Virus record (IMG/VR): IMGVR_UViG_3300042867_001113
DNA: 64,000 nucleotides
Reading direction: 5' to 3' (one strand)
From: a virus
Below are positions 49,172-59,571 of the stretch, in pieces; position 1 is the stretch's first letter, and every line of letters starts with the position of its first letter. A program made the translations under genes and the position numbers. The notes beneath the pieces were generated by a model. The model was not told where the DNA came from and did no database searches. It saw only the letters and a program-made list of their open reading frames with translations.

Positions 49172-49483
49172 TCATCTGTCTTGATAGCGTGAGCCGCAGC
49201 TGGTCGTGTTCCGCGAACGGGCGTGTCGAGCCAAGACGTCTTTGGCGTAGCTGTTGAGCGGTTGCTGGGCGCGTAGCTGTTCGGCCAGTGCGTCAGCGAG
49301 GATGCGTTCCGGCAACACCTGCTCCTCGACTTGGTCCATCAGCCAAGCGTTGAGGAAGCCCGCAGCGTGGCTGACAAGGCCATCCCACTCCTTGTCTTCC
49401 ATCTGCTCACGCAGACTGCCGAAGCCATCAGGGTCGCTGTCGGCGAGACGGTTGAGGACTTCCTTGAGGTCTTTTGACTTCAC
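49172..49483 (-). CDS. hypothetical protein
   Basis: GTGA coupling. Confidence 0.5.
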   Translation of the reverse strand: MKSKDLKEVLNRLADSDPDGFGSLREQMEDKEWDGLVSHAAGFLNAWLMDQVEEQVLPERILADALAEQLRAQQPLNSYAKDVLARHARSRNTTSCGSRYQDR

Positions 49484-49803
49484 ACAGCCACCTTTTCAAA
49501 GACGAGGGGGCCCCCGCAGTCAGGGCACTTGTGGTCCGCCGGAATTGCGTATGGCTCCATGTGCGAGTTCCAGCGGCAGCGGTCCTTGCGGACAGCGTTG
49601 ATGTGCTTGCAGTAGTTCTTGCCGCCGTTCTTGACGTAGGCGGGGCATGTGCAGGAGTAGTCCCGCTGCACTCCTCGCGGATTGAACGTCTCTCCGTACT
49701 CGACCCGGTAGGTAGTTCCGGGGAGGGAGTCGGACGGGACCATACGGACCCACTCGCGGACCGATTGGCAGGTAGGGGCAGTCAGGACCGTGAAGTCGGG
49801 CAT
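49480..49803 (-). CDS. SWIM zinc-finger protein with additional zinc ribbon
   Basis: PS.S..G..Y.V...CTCP.Y...CKHI...CPDCG. Confidence 0.75.
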   Translation of the reverse strand: MPDFTVLTAPTCQSVREWVRMVPSDSLPGTTYRVEYGETFNPRGVQRDYSCTCPAYVKNGGKNYCKHINAVRKDRCRWNSHMEPYAIPADHKCPDCGGPLVFEKVAV

Positions 49804-49819
49804 GTCTGGGGAGTAACCG

Positions 49820-52800
49820 CTACCGAAGCTGGATCTTTATGTCTGAGTCCACCGGATCAACGTCAGGACTGAACGCGCGGAGCTGAAGCCACTGCGTGTA
49901 TCGCTGGTCGTCAGACATCTGGGGATACGGAAACATTATTGCCGACGGGGCCCATGCTTTTGCCACAGGGAGCCAGAAGGACGTCGCCGGTGAGTGTTCA
50001 GTGCTGTTGGCCTCTACCTTCGTTCCCGCAGCAGCCCGAGCCCCTACCCGGGCGATGCCGAGCGCCGTCAGACCGGGCCAATCGAAGTGGTTGGAAAACT
50101 TGGCCCCTTCCTTCCGGCGACCCCAGAAGGCTTGGGCGATCGGCTTGTTCCGGTCGTCATCTTTGAAGTTCAGCCAGCAGAGACGGCACTCCTCGGCAGG
50201 ACGCCAGAGCGGGCCCTTGCAGGACGCACAAAGGGGGCGGGTGGTGATCGGCACAACCATCAAGCACCAGTCTTCTTGCCGTCCGGGGCAGGCTTCAGCG
50301 CCTTCAGCGCTTTCGATCGCCGATAAGCCCCCTTGTCAAAGAATTTCGTCTCCAACGTGCGCCCCGAGCAGAGCTTACAAGGGCGAAGGTCTTCGTCGAC
50401 ACAAGGTGACCCAGCGTCGGCTCCGCAGTCTTCACAGCGGGCGTAGGCACTGACTGGCGTTCGAGGGACAGGAACGCGGACGGGGTCCGCCTTTGTCTTG
50501 GCGCTGTGGTGGAGTCTCATGACTCCCCCTCCGCCTTCTCCGCACGGGCCTTCAACTCGGCACACTCGCGCAGCACGCGGGTGAAGTCGTCGCCGAGAGC
50601 ACGGGCAGCGGCGTCGGACGTCTCTGCGCGGGCAATGGCGGCGTCACGCTGGGCGTGCATCTGGGCACAAGCCGCCTCCGACTGGCGCCACAGAATCCGA
50701 GCGGCTGCGGCGTCGTCGACGTACATCTCGACCATGCCTGCGGACTTGTCGAGTTCCTGCCCGTAGTTGTCTCGCTCGTTTGTCCGCTCCCTCGCCAGCG
50801 CCTCCGCTGCGTCTCGCTGGATGGTGAGGGAGGCGATGGCGGCGTCACGCTCGTCAAGGGCCGCGTTCAACTGGCGCGACGTCTCGGACCTGATCTCTTC
50901 GAGTCCCTGAAAGTCGGCTGCGCTCCTCCACCTCCCCCGCTCGGCGATGACGTCGGGGCGGGAGAGGATGGCGCGGGCGTTGTCGGCGGCATCAAGGAGA
51001 AACGGCGGCGCCGTCTCGCCGACGTCGCTACACCCATGACGGACCGCGTCGATCAGATCGGCCAACGCCTCCCCCATCGCCGCCACGGTGCGGCTGAGGT
51101 CGTCGGTGCGGGTCTCAATGGCGACGAGCCGCCATGCCTCGGCGACTGCAGCGTCGCGTTCCGCCTTGAGCCCACCACTCGGAAGGAGGGGGCTGTCGGG
51201 AAAACTCCACCTCCGAGCGGTGGTAGGTCGTCCCATGTCTCTATCGGGGTCGACGTTCTCCACCAGAGACGAATCAGGGAACGCGCGCGGGCTTTGGAGG
51301 CGAGCGGCTTCCTGATCTGCCTCTGACAATGTCTCGAAGATGGCGTCGGCCTCCTCAAGGAGGACGCGGTCCTCTTCGGGCCTCCATCCCGGTCTTGCCC
51401 GTTGCTCCCTGAGCTTGTCCAAGAGGCGGCTGTAGTCGGTCATGGTCATGAGGCGCTCCTTCCCTAGTTCGTCAGCCACTGAACGCGCTGACACTTGATG
51501 CACACGATCATGGTTCACCTCCACGTCTGCAGCGTGCGGAGAAGTTCCTCGACGGAGACTTTGGAGAGTTGGAGCAACGCCGCGCGCCGGATTTCAGCTG
51601 CGGTGAACGTCTCTTCGGACGCCGTCGTCTTGGGAGAGACGCCCGCCTTGGTGATGGTGACCTCGTCGTCGAGGCCGGGGTTCGTCTTGTTGCGAACGAA
51701 CTTGATCAGCTCGTCGCGGTCGTCGCACGAGATCAAGATTCGCGGTTCGCCTTCAGGCTCGTCGCGCAGGGCAATGTCACCGACCGCTAGGATTCTCATG
51801 CTCCCTCCGTAACAGGGTCCGTATGGTCCTCTTCGTTCCAGACCAGCTCCCCTGCGGCATTGGTTCCGATCCCCGCTCCTCGCCAAGCATCGAGCCCGGT
51901 CGGGAAGACGCGGATCAGCATACCGAAGTTCGGGGTCCGCACGAGCACGAGCGGCTCCCAATGGGAAGTCGCCCGGGTCTCCAGCACGGAGTTGCAGTGG
52001 TCCAGAAAACTCGGGTCTTCCCGAAGGTGGTCGAGGGCCATCCAGTGCTCCACCGCGTTGATGCTCTCGCCCTCCGCGTCGTACCCTCGATCTTCGTCGT
52101 CGGACCACCGGACTTGCTGGGAGGTCATACCGACCAAGTCGCAGATGGTGCAGCGAGGATCGCTGAACTCGGCGGTCACGTTGTGCGGTCTGTTGAGCGA
52201 CAGCACGCCTCGCTCAGGCATCCTGCAGACAGGGCAAAGGGTCCGATTGCTCATAGGGTCACCGCTTTCAAGGCGTCGTCTTCTTCACGACGATGGCGAC
52301 GTCCGGTGCATTGTTCAGTTCGATGTGGTCGATCGCTCTCGACACGATCCACTTGCTGGACCTCACCCCACAGAGGAAGGCGCTGCTCAAAGCCGGGAGC
52401 ATGGCCCTCGCAGTGGGCTCGTCGACATCCTTCAAAGGGGTGCCGACCTCCTCACCGTTCTTCCGCCGGATGACCACCCGGAAGGAGGGGTTGTTGAGAA
52501 AACTTGACTGCGGGTCCGGTTCGACATGGATCTTGTGCTTCACGTGTTCCTCACTTTGACCGCGCCAGCAGACACAGCAACCGGATATCCTGCGGATGCG
52601 CTTCCGAGGCGGTCACGATTGGACTCGTGCCTTCCTGAGAGCGGCGCGGGCATTGGCGGTCACGAGTTCACCGGCAGTGACAGACTCCAAGGCGATGCAA
52701 AGTTCCTCCAGCGCCTTCACCAAGTCAGGCGCAGCGGCCATGACAGCGGCGTTGGCTTCGGCCTCTTCAGCGGAGCACGTTCGGGGGTCGGCTTCGACGC

Positions 52801-53483
52801 GAACGTAGAAGTGGTTCACGCCCCTGTCAGACAGCGTGTAGACGGTGCGCCCCTCTCGGAGCCACGGACCAGAGGTGTGTTTCAGCGGCATTCCAGATCC
52901 TGTGCTTTCGTGATGGCGTTCTCGACAAGGGCGATGGACCGGGTCCACTCCTCGTCTCCCCACGCTGCGGTGGTGAGCGAGTGAGGCAGAAGTGGCCTGA
53001 TGGTCAGGAGAGCCTCCAGCATCAGGTCGAACGCCTCTTGCTTGGCAAGACGCTGCGTTGCGTCAAAGTCTCGGCGGCTCTCCCAATCGCTCATGGTTGC
53101 TCCTTCGGCTTCTCAGGCATCAGGAGCGTAACCGGGGCGTCGCCGTTCTTCTCGGCGAGGGCCGTCAACCCCGCCCGCTGGATGGTCGCCGTCGCAACGA
53201 GGGCCTGAACCCTGTGCCCAGTGAGGTGCGCTGCGAGCGTAGCGCTGAGCAGGGTGGGGTCACCCGCAGGCACCACTTCCAAGACGTCTTTGGCTTCCAC
53301 CATTCCGTGGACGGTGCAGTAGACCTTGCCGCTCGGGCCGAAGGGCTGGAAGAGGTGCGCCTGCTCCTCCGTACTCGCCCAGTCGTCGTGCGCGTTCTCC
53401 ACCGTCACGACCGTGAGCACAGGGGCAATGTGCGGGCGGGTTTCCCGCAGGTAGTGGATAAAGTCTCCGAGCTTCGCGTGCAT
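49820..53483 (-). other. run of hypothetical CDSs (49820-50263, 50260-50520, 50517-51449, 51515-51799, 51796-52254, 52268-52543, 52613-52891, 52882-53094, 53091-53483)
   Basis: Co-oriented, mostly coupled; 52613-52891 carries the common phage HT.GPW...ANA..MAAAPDL motif. Confidence 0.55.
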
Positions 53484-53856
53484 GGGTCGCTCCGGGGGGT
53501 TCGTGTTCTCACGGAAGTAACTCACCCCACGGATTTCTTTTTTCTGAAAACCGCTTTGTCAACTCCACTGGAAAACTGGCCTCGGTGATCAGAGGGGGCA
53601 AAGGGGGGTCTGGTTTCCCGAAAAATCCTCGAAGCGGAGAAGAAAAAAAGTTTCGGCAAACTAGGGGCCCTCTTCCGTTCCCATGGTCCGCCGGGCGTCC
53701 ACCCCCCTCCCGGGGTCCGGGTCGGAAAATTAGACCGGGAGGGGGAAGTGGGGAGGCAGACAAACGGTGGGGAACTTTCCCTACGGGGTTCTGAAGAGTC
53801 TTTCTTCGGGTGATGACAAATCATGCGCTTCGACAGATTAGATCCATTTGAACAAG

Positions 53857-54443
53857 TCAGCGCAGTCCCCTCATGATGTCTTCGAGTCGGTCCTCCCCTA
53901 GAGCGAGGAGCTGTCTCTCGGCTGCGACTACAAGGACGGCGCGTTCTTGGTGAGCCCTCAATGGAAGGGTGCAGCTCAGGATGCTCACGATTGCCTGAGG
54001 AGACAGCTCGGCGATTCGTTCTGCGGCTTCCCTCATGAAGTCGAAGACCTCAGCCACCTCCGGCGTTTGGTGGGCCGACAAGCCTGCGTCCTTCCCGGCC
54101 TGCTCCCATGGCTTGGTGAAGATGGTCGTGGCTGCGTCCGCGCCTGCAGATGCCAGACGGACGTCGATCCACTCCAGCACCTCCCGGGCAGTGCGGCGAG
54201 GTGCATTGGACGAAGGCAGAGACGTCAGATGGTCGACGAAGGCTTTGGCGTTCACTTGGTCCCCTCGAAGGGTGGAACGTAGGCGCTGTCGCGCGAGCAC
54301 TCGCTGTCGGCCTCACAGCCAGCTTCCCCGCACTCCCAGCACATGCCGGGGGCCTGCACGTCGTCGCTCACTGCGATGTCGAAGCAGTCGCGGCACGCGC
54401 AGCTCGTGTACCCGCTGCCTCCGGTCTTGGTGGGCTTGCTCAT
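53857..54443 (-). other. two hypothetical CDSs (53857-54255; 54252-54443 Cys-rich)
   Basis: GTTAC 9 nt before 54443; C.C.DC...C.EC..AGC. Confidence 0.55.
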
Positions 54444-54630
54444 GTCAGGGATGTAACAGGCTGGCGACCTATCAGGTGGAGGTTGACTGCCGACTAGGGG
54501 AAAGCACTGAACAGAAAACTAGCACCCGGGGTTTCTCGGGAGGTTTTGAGAGGTTTCTAGTGGGTTTTCAGAGAGGTTTTCTTCAAGGACCACATGGTCC
54601 GTCTAATCCACGTTCACTTGAACGTAGTTG

Positions 54631-54658
54631 TTGACTTCTACGCGCATGGTGTTACCGT
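54631..54658 (+). promoter_or_regulatory. sigma70-type promoter
   Basis: TTGACT-N16-TACCGT with extended TG. Confidence 0.65.
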
Positions 54659-54696
54659 GGGATCACGGCATGGTTGCCGCCACCAAGGAGCGCCAG

Positions 54697-55117
54697 ATGA
54701 GCTACCGCAGCTACTACATCCCGACGGACCGCGAAGAGGACGCCATGCGCGCGAGCGACGAGCGCAACGAGGCCCGCCGCGAGCTGGAAGCGATCCACCC
54801 CGATGACCGCACCGACGAGGACTACCGCAACGCGGGGATCCGTCGGGGCTACAGCGCCCACCGAGAGGAGCGCTGAGATGCTCGCCATGCTCATCCCCTC
54901 GAAGATCGCAGTCGGCGACAAGCTGATGGTGGAAGGAACGCTCCACGAGGTGACCCGCATCGACGTGAAGCGCGACCCACGAACCTCCAAGCGGAAGAAC
55001 GGGTCGCCCCGACTCGGGACCGTGCGGAAGGTGACTCTCCACTTTGATGGCCGGAAGCGCACGCTGTCCCGCCTGCAACGGGTACTGGTTCAGCGAAGCG
55101 AACCTGCGCTCACTTGA
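54697..55117 (+). other. two small CDSs (54697-54876, 54878-55117)
   Basis: AAGGAG / GAGGAG SDs downstream of the promoter. Confidence 0.6.
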
Positions 55118-55559
55118 GCGTGTAGAGTTCGCGCATTGCTTCATCGAACTGTTTCTGGTCAGCGACGCTGGTGCTCAGGGCCACAGCGACGCGGCCCTCT
55201 CGCCATTGCTTGACAGCTTCCGAGAGCAGCTTGCTGTCGACCTTCGAGGTCAGGACGTGCGCGGGCTTCTCGATCACCCACCCGGCGTAGTTGGTGGCGT
55301 CTGGGTCTCGCAGGGTGATGTCCCCGCCTGCATGAACGAGCTGCAGGGCTGGCTGCCACGTAGGGCGGCGGTAAAGCGCGACGTAGGTGCTGCCGTTCCA
55401 GCGAGTCTCGTCGCTCTTCTCAGCCTCTTCAGCACCGGCCTTGCAGGACTCCCAGCCGATCTGCGTCCGCGTCTCCACGAGCTTCCAGTCGTCGGGATGA
55501 GCGGCGAGGCTCGCGATGATGTGCGCGCAGAACGGATCGGGCTTTGAGAACGGCCACAT
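55110..55559 (-). CDS. hypothetical protein
   Basis: GTTAC 10 nt before ATG. Confidence 0.55.
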   Translation of the reverse strand: MWPFSKPDPFCAHIIASLAAHPDDWKLVETRTQIGWESCKAGAEEAEKSDETRWNGSTYVALYRRPTWQPALQLVHAGGDITLRDPDATNYAGWVIEKPAHVLTSKVDSKLLSEAVKQWREGRVAVALSTSVADQKQFDEAMRELYTLK

Positions 55560-55992
55560 GACCCGGGCAGTAACAGAGCTTCAGAAAACTGGTCCTCAAA
55601 CGAAAAAAGCACCGGATTGCTCCAGTGCCTTCTTCCCGTTCTCTTCTGCCTGTCGCGAAACAGGCTTCATCGGACGAGCGCGTCGTTCCGCGCGGTCCCG
55701 ACCTTCCGCTGTCACCGCTCAGGCTTTCACCTGCGAGGCGCGGTCTCTGTCCTTGGCCCGGGTGAGGGGTTCAGGTCGGAGGCCGTTGTGGGGCTTGGTC
55801 GGAGCCCTGTGTCCCGGTCAGCGATTCGGCTGGCTTTCGGTGAGGACCAATCAGGCTTGCGCCGTCTCGAACCATGCCGTCGTCCAGTCCCAGCAGCGAC
55901 CCTCTTGCGAGGAAAACTACCGGGCGACGAGTGCTTTCTCTCATGGGTCCAAGAGAGCGTCAACACTTTTTTTCAGATGGGCCCGTGCTCCT

Positions 55993-56528
55993 TCAGCAGT
56001 TCGGGTCGCACTCGGCGCAGCCGTGGCCGTTGCACACGCCGCAGGGCTCGGGAAGGTTGACGCAGAAGAGCCAGCCCGCGTTCGGGACGAAGACGTAGTC
56101 GCCAAGGGTGAGGGCCTTCACGGCGCGAACCATATGGTCCGTCGCATGTGGCGGGCACAGCGCCTTGACAGTGGCGATCGTCTCGTCGAGGAGGTGTAGC
56201 TGCAGGCGCTTGCGCGGCGCTACCTTGTCGAGGTCGCCTGCGAAGTGGAAGCGCCGTGCGTTCGGGTTGTTCATGCCCAGCCCCCTTCGTGGGCGGCTTG
56301 GTAGCTGGCGCGTTCGGCTTCCCGTTCCATGTAGCGCTCCTCGCAGGCGTCGTGGTCGACGCAAGTGACGGCGAGCACCTCGCGCCGGTCGAGGTCGTAC
56401 TCCCAGAGCACGTCGTGCTTGCGGGTGCCGCAGCACATGCAGGGGTACTGGATGCCCTTGCACACTTCGGTGGCGATGCGCGGGTTGCGGACGATCTTGT
56501 GGGTGTTGCGGTCGAAGGGTGCGTTCAC
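55993..56528 (-). other. two small Cys-containing CDSs (55993-56274, 56271-56528)
   Basis: Downstream of the minus-strand promoter; ATGA coupling. Confidence 0.55.
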
Positions 56529-56585
56529 TTGAGGCTCCGTTGGGCATCCATGCCCGTTGGGTCTCGGCTCGGTTGCCGTGATCTG

Positions 56586-56614
56586 ACTGTAACACGGTTC
56601 ACGGACACTGTCAA
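56586..56614 (-). promoter_or_regulatory. sigma70-type promoter
   Basis: TTGACA-N17-TACAGT with extended TG. Confidence 0.75.
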
Positions 56615-56760
56615 CACAAGAGCACAGATCTAGTTCAATCGAACTAGATCTGCGGGCACGAGGATCTCGGCGGGGCCGCGTGGGCTGTCGGAAAACTGTG
56701 TCGGGCCCTCCAACGGAGCACGAGGCTCCGGGGTGAGGGAGGTTCGGAGGCAGGACTCGC

Positions 56761-57366
56761 TCAGTCGCTGCTGTCGACCTCGCTGTGGACCGTGGCGGTC
56801 AGGTCGCCGGGGTTGCCTGTGACGACGTGGACTTGGCCTCGGGGGTATGCCTTCAGCGCGGCGATGTCGTCTGCCGTCAGGGGGGCGTCGTCGCAGCGGA
56901 CCACCACGTCGGTGTAGACGTAGTAGCAGTTCCCGGCCTGCCCTCCCTTGCTCTGGATCGTTCGGAAGTTGCAGGCGACGTAGCGGCGGTCCTTCGGGTC
57001 GGTGATGCCCGTGGGGCGGGTCTCGATCACTTCGCCGAGGACGTAGGCGTGGGGTTCGCTCAGGGCGAGGGTCCGTCGCGCCTTGTAAGCCGCCCACGCT
57101 GCGTTCTTCCCCGTGATCTGCTTGGGGAGGGCCAGCATCGTTTGGATGCTCTGGAAGGAGGCGCTCCGCTGGTGCCGTTCCTCGGTCAGCTGGTAGGTAG
57201 CCGTCGTGCCGATCTGGGTCAGCGCGATCACGCGGCGGTCCATCAAGGCGTTCGGCGCCGAGAGCGAGACCGTGAAGGTCACCCGGTTTTCGCTCGCGTC
57301 CTTGTGGTGGACGTTGCGGACGGCGGGGGTCTTGAGGGCGGGGGTCTTGGCGGTGTGCGTGGTCAT
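56761..57366 (-). CDS. hypothetical protein
   Basis: GGAGG SD and conserved leader hairpin. Confidence 0.65.
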   Translation of the reverse strand: MTTHTAKTPALKTPAVRNVHHKDASENRVTFTVSLSAPNALMDRRVIALTQIGTTATYQLTEERHQRSASFQSIQTMLALPKQITGKNAAWAAYKARRTLALSEPHAYVLGEVIETRPTGITDPKDRRYVACNFRTIQSKGGQAGNCYYVYTDVVVRCDDAPLTADDIAALKAYPRGQVHVVTGNPGDLTATVHSEVDSSD

Positions 57367-57401
57367 GCGATCCTCCGGGGCGGCATCCGTGCCGTGATCA
57401 C

Positions 57402-57429
57402 AGCATAACACCGCTAGCGCGGCTGTCAA
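57402..57429 (-). promoter_or_regulatory. sigma70-type promoter
   Basis: TTGACA-N16-TATGCT with extended TG. Confidence 0.75.
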
Positions 57430-57570
57430 CAAGCAACCACGGATCTTGTTCATATGAGCGGATCTGGCCGGATCTGACCGTCCGGCAGGCGACTCGCCCA
57501 AGCGGCTTCCGGGCCGGTTTCGGAAAACTGGTCCCGGGCCCCCGGGCGAACCATATGGTCCTCGCCCCCA

Positions 57571-58909
57571 TCAGCTCGGGCGAGAGAGGCCCTTACAGGC
57601 AACGATGGTGCCTGCAGCGTCGCGCACGACTTCACCGGGAACGAGTAGGTCTTTCCGCTCAGGGAGCGCCTGCGCGACCATCAACGAGACGATGAGGAAG
57701 ACCCCGGGCTCTGCGGGAGGCATGTCGACGACGCCACCATAGATGACGCGGTCGACCGGGATGCCATCGACGATGGAGAACTGCATGCGGGTTGACGCTG
57801 TTCTCGGCGTCGGAAAGGTCGGCTCGATTGTCCGGATGGCCTCCTCACCCACGAGGATGCGGACGACGTGAGGGGTGCGGTTGACGAGGGTGGGCATTGG
57901 TCATCCTATCGGCGTGAAATCGAAGTACCGACGTGGCGAGTGAGTGAACATCATCACGCCCTTCACGCCGTCGGCCTTGCGGATGACCGAGACGAAGGGT
58001 GCGAGGAACCCTTGGACTGTGAAGTGCTCTTGCAGTTGCTGGGTGTCGTAGGACACATCCGCGTCAGCCAGCCGCTGCGTGGGGACGTCGCTGTCGATCA
58101 GGAAGCGGCGCGTGGTCTCGGTTGAGTCGGTCATGAGTTCTCCTTGAGTCCTGCGAGGGCCCGACGACACATCGTCGCCACCTCGTCCGTGTCTTTGTTC
58201 CCGCTGATGCCGTCCCGCTGCCACCAGTCGGCGACGGCCTGACACGCCTCCCGTAACGCCTCACGCTCGGCTTTCACCCGTTCGACGTAGGTCTTTCCCC
58301 GATCGAGGACGTCGAGCATGGCTTGGGCGTCAGGGGCGCTCCCGGCGCGGGCGATGGTCGAGAGACGCATCAGCAGGGAGGCGGTGACCTGCGCCCACTC
58401 CAGCTCGGGGAGAGTCTGGATGCGGGCCAGCTCGGCGCGGGCCTCGCGCAGCTCCGCAAGGGCTGCGTCGAGGGTGGTCGGCTCTGGTCGAGGACGCTGT
58501 TCGTCGATTCTCATGGGCTGTCCGCTGGGGTTTCGGGGTGGACTGTTTGTTCGGCCTTCGCCGCTTTCGCAGCGTCGGCGTCTTCGGTCCGGATGGCGCG
58601 CACCGCGCGTTCACGCATGAGCTTCGTGAGCTTCTTCGCGAACTGCGCGTCCGTGGTGTCGCTGACGTTGGTGCTCAAACCGACGTGGGCCCTCACCACC
58701 TCCGCGCTGATGTTGGTCGGGCCTGCGATCATCTCGTACTGGCGAAGTCGCACGATAAAGTCCTCGACATTCTTCGGGGTGATCCCGCCGAGGTCGAGAG
58801 CCATCGTCAGCCAGATGAGCGCGTCGGTGGCGACCCGGATCTCCCCTTCAGGCGTGAAGCACACCGTCTCGTTGTTTTTGACCTTGGTGAAGTCGAAGTG
58901 CAGGGCCAT
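57571..58909 (-). other. four hypothetical CDSs (57571-57897, 57901-58134, 58131-58514, 58511-58909)
   Basis: Coupled operon; N.TPH...IVS..VA and F.V.GF.APFV.V.RK.DG...F.HSPR.YF patterns seen in phage proteins. Confidence 0.6.
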
Positions 58910-59043
58910 GAGGACTCTCCGGGTTGTCGACAGCATCCGTGCTGCACCCCTCCCGTAACTGGCTTGCGCTCCGTTTCGCAGATCCGTTCAAGTGAACAAC
59001 ATTTTACGACTGATGGATCTGCGGATCGAGTTACTGCTGGGGC

Positions 59044-59556
59044 ATGAAGACCCTCGACCCGAACACCTACTCTCCCGAACAGCTTCGAGACATGCTGGCG
59101 AAGATGGAGGCGGTGACGGCTGCTTTTTATCCTGCCGCTGCCAGCACTGGAGTGCATACCTTCATCGAGTTCACGGGCCTGATGCACGAGTTCATCAAGA
59201 TCTGCAGACAGTCCGCAGCACAGGACGTCGACTTCGCGTCGGCGAGCACGCACACGGGAAAGCCTCTCGTGGTCTACTCCTACAACGCCGACTACATCGT
59301 CGAGAAGCTCGACTGCATCTTCGGGCCCGCCATCAAGTCCAGCCCTGAGGTCCGAGCGGCGTTCGCGAAGCTCCTCGGCGACCCCGAACAGGACCGCCTC
59401 GAACAAGAAGCCCTTGAGCTTCCCTTGCTCTTCCACAGCGGCGGTGCTTGGGACGAGGATAAGCGCACTCGTTGGAAGGCCATCACAGGCAGCGACGAGG
59501 CGACGACGAAGGCTATGTGTGACCACATCCGGAAGACGCTGGGGCGTGACTCTTGA
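59044..59556 (+). CDS. hypothetical protein
   Basis: GTTAC 9 nt before ATG; H.FIEF.GLM.E...Y..EKL.CI. Confidence 0.65.
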   Translation: MKTLDPNTYSPEQLRDMLAKMEAVTAAFYPAAASTGVHTFIEFTGLMHEFIKICRQSAAQDVDFASASTHTGKPLVVYSYNADYIVEKLDCIFGPAIKSSPEVRAAFAKLLGDPEQDRLEQEALELPLLFHSGGAWDEDKRTRWKAITGSDEATTKAMCDHIRKTLGRDS

Positions 59557-59571
59557 AGTACCCGCTCCCGA

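Noticed and set aside
55617-55990. ORFs in the 55.6-56.0 kb gap
   Set aside because: No convincing start, SD or motif in any frame; left unannotated.
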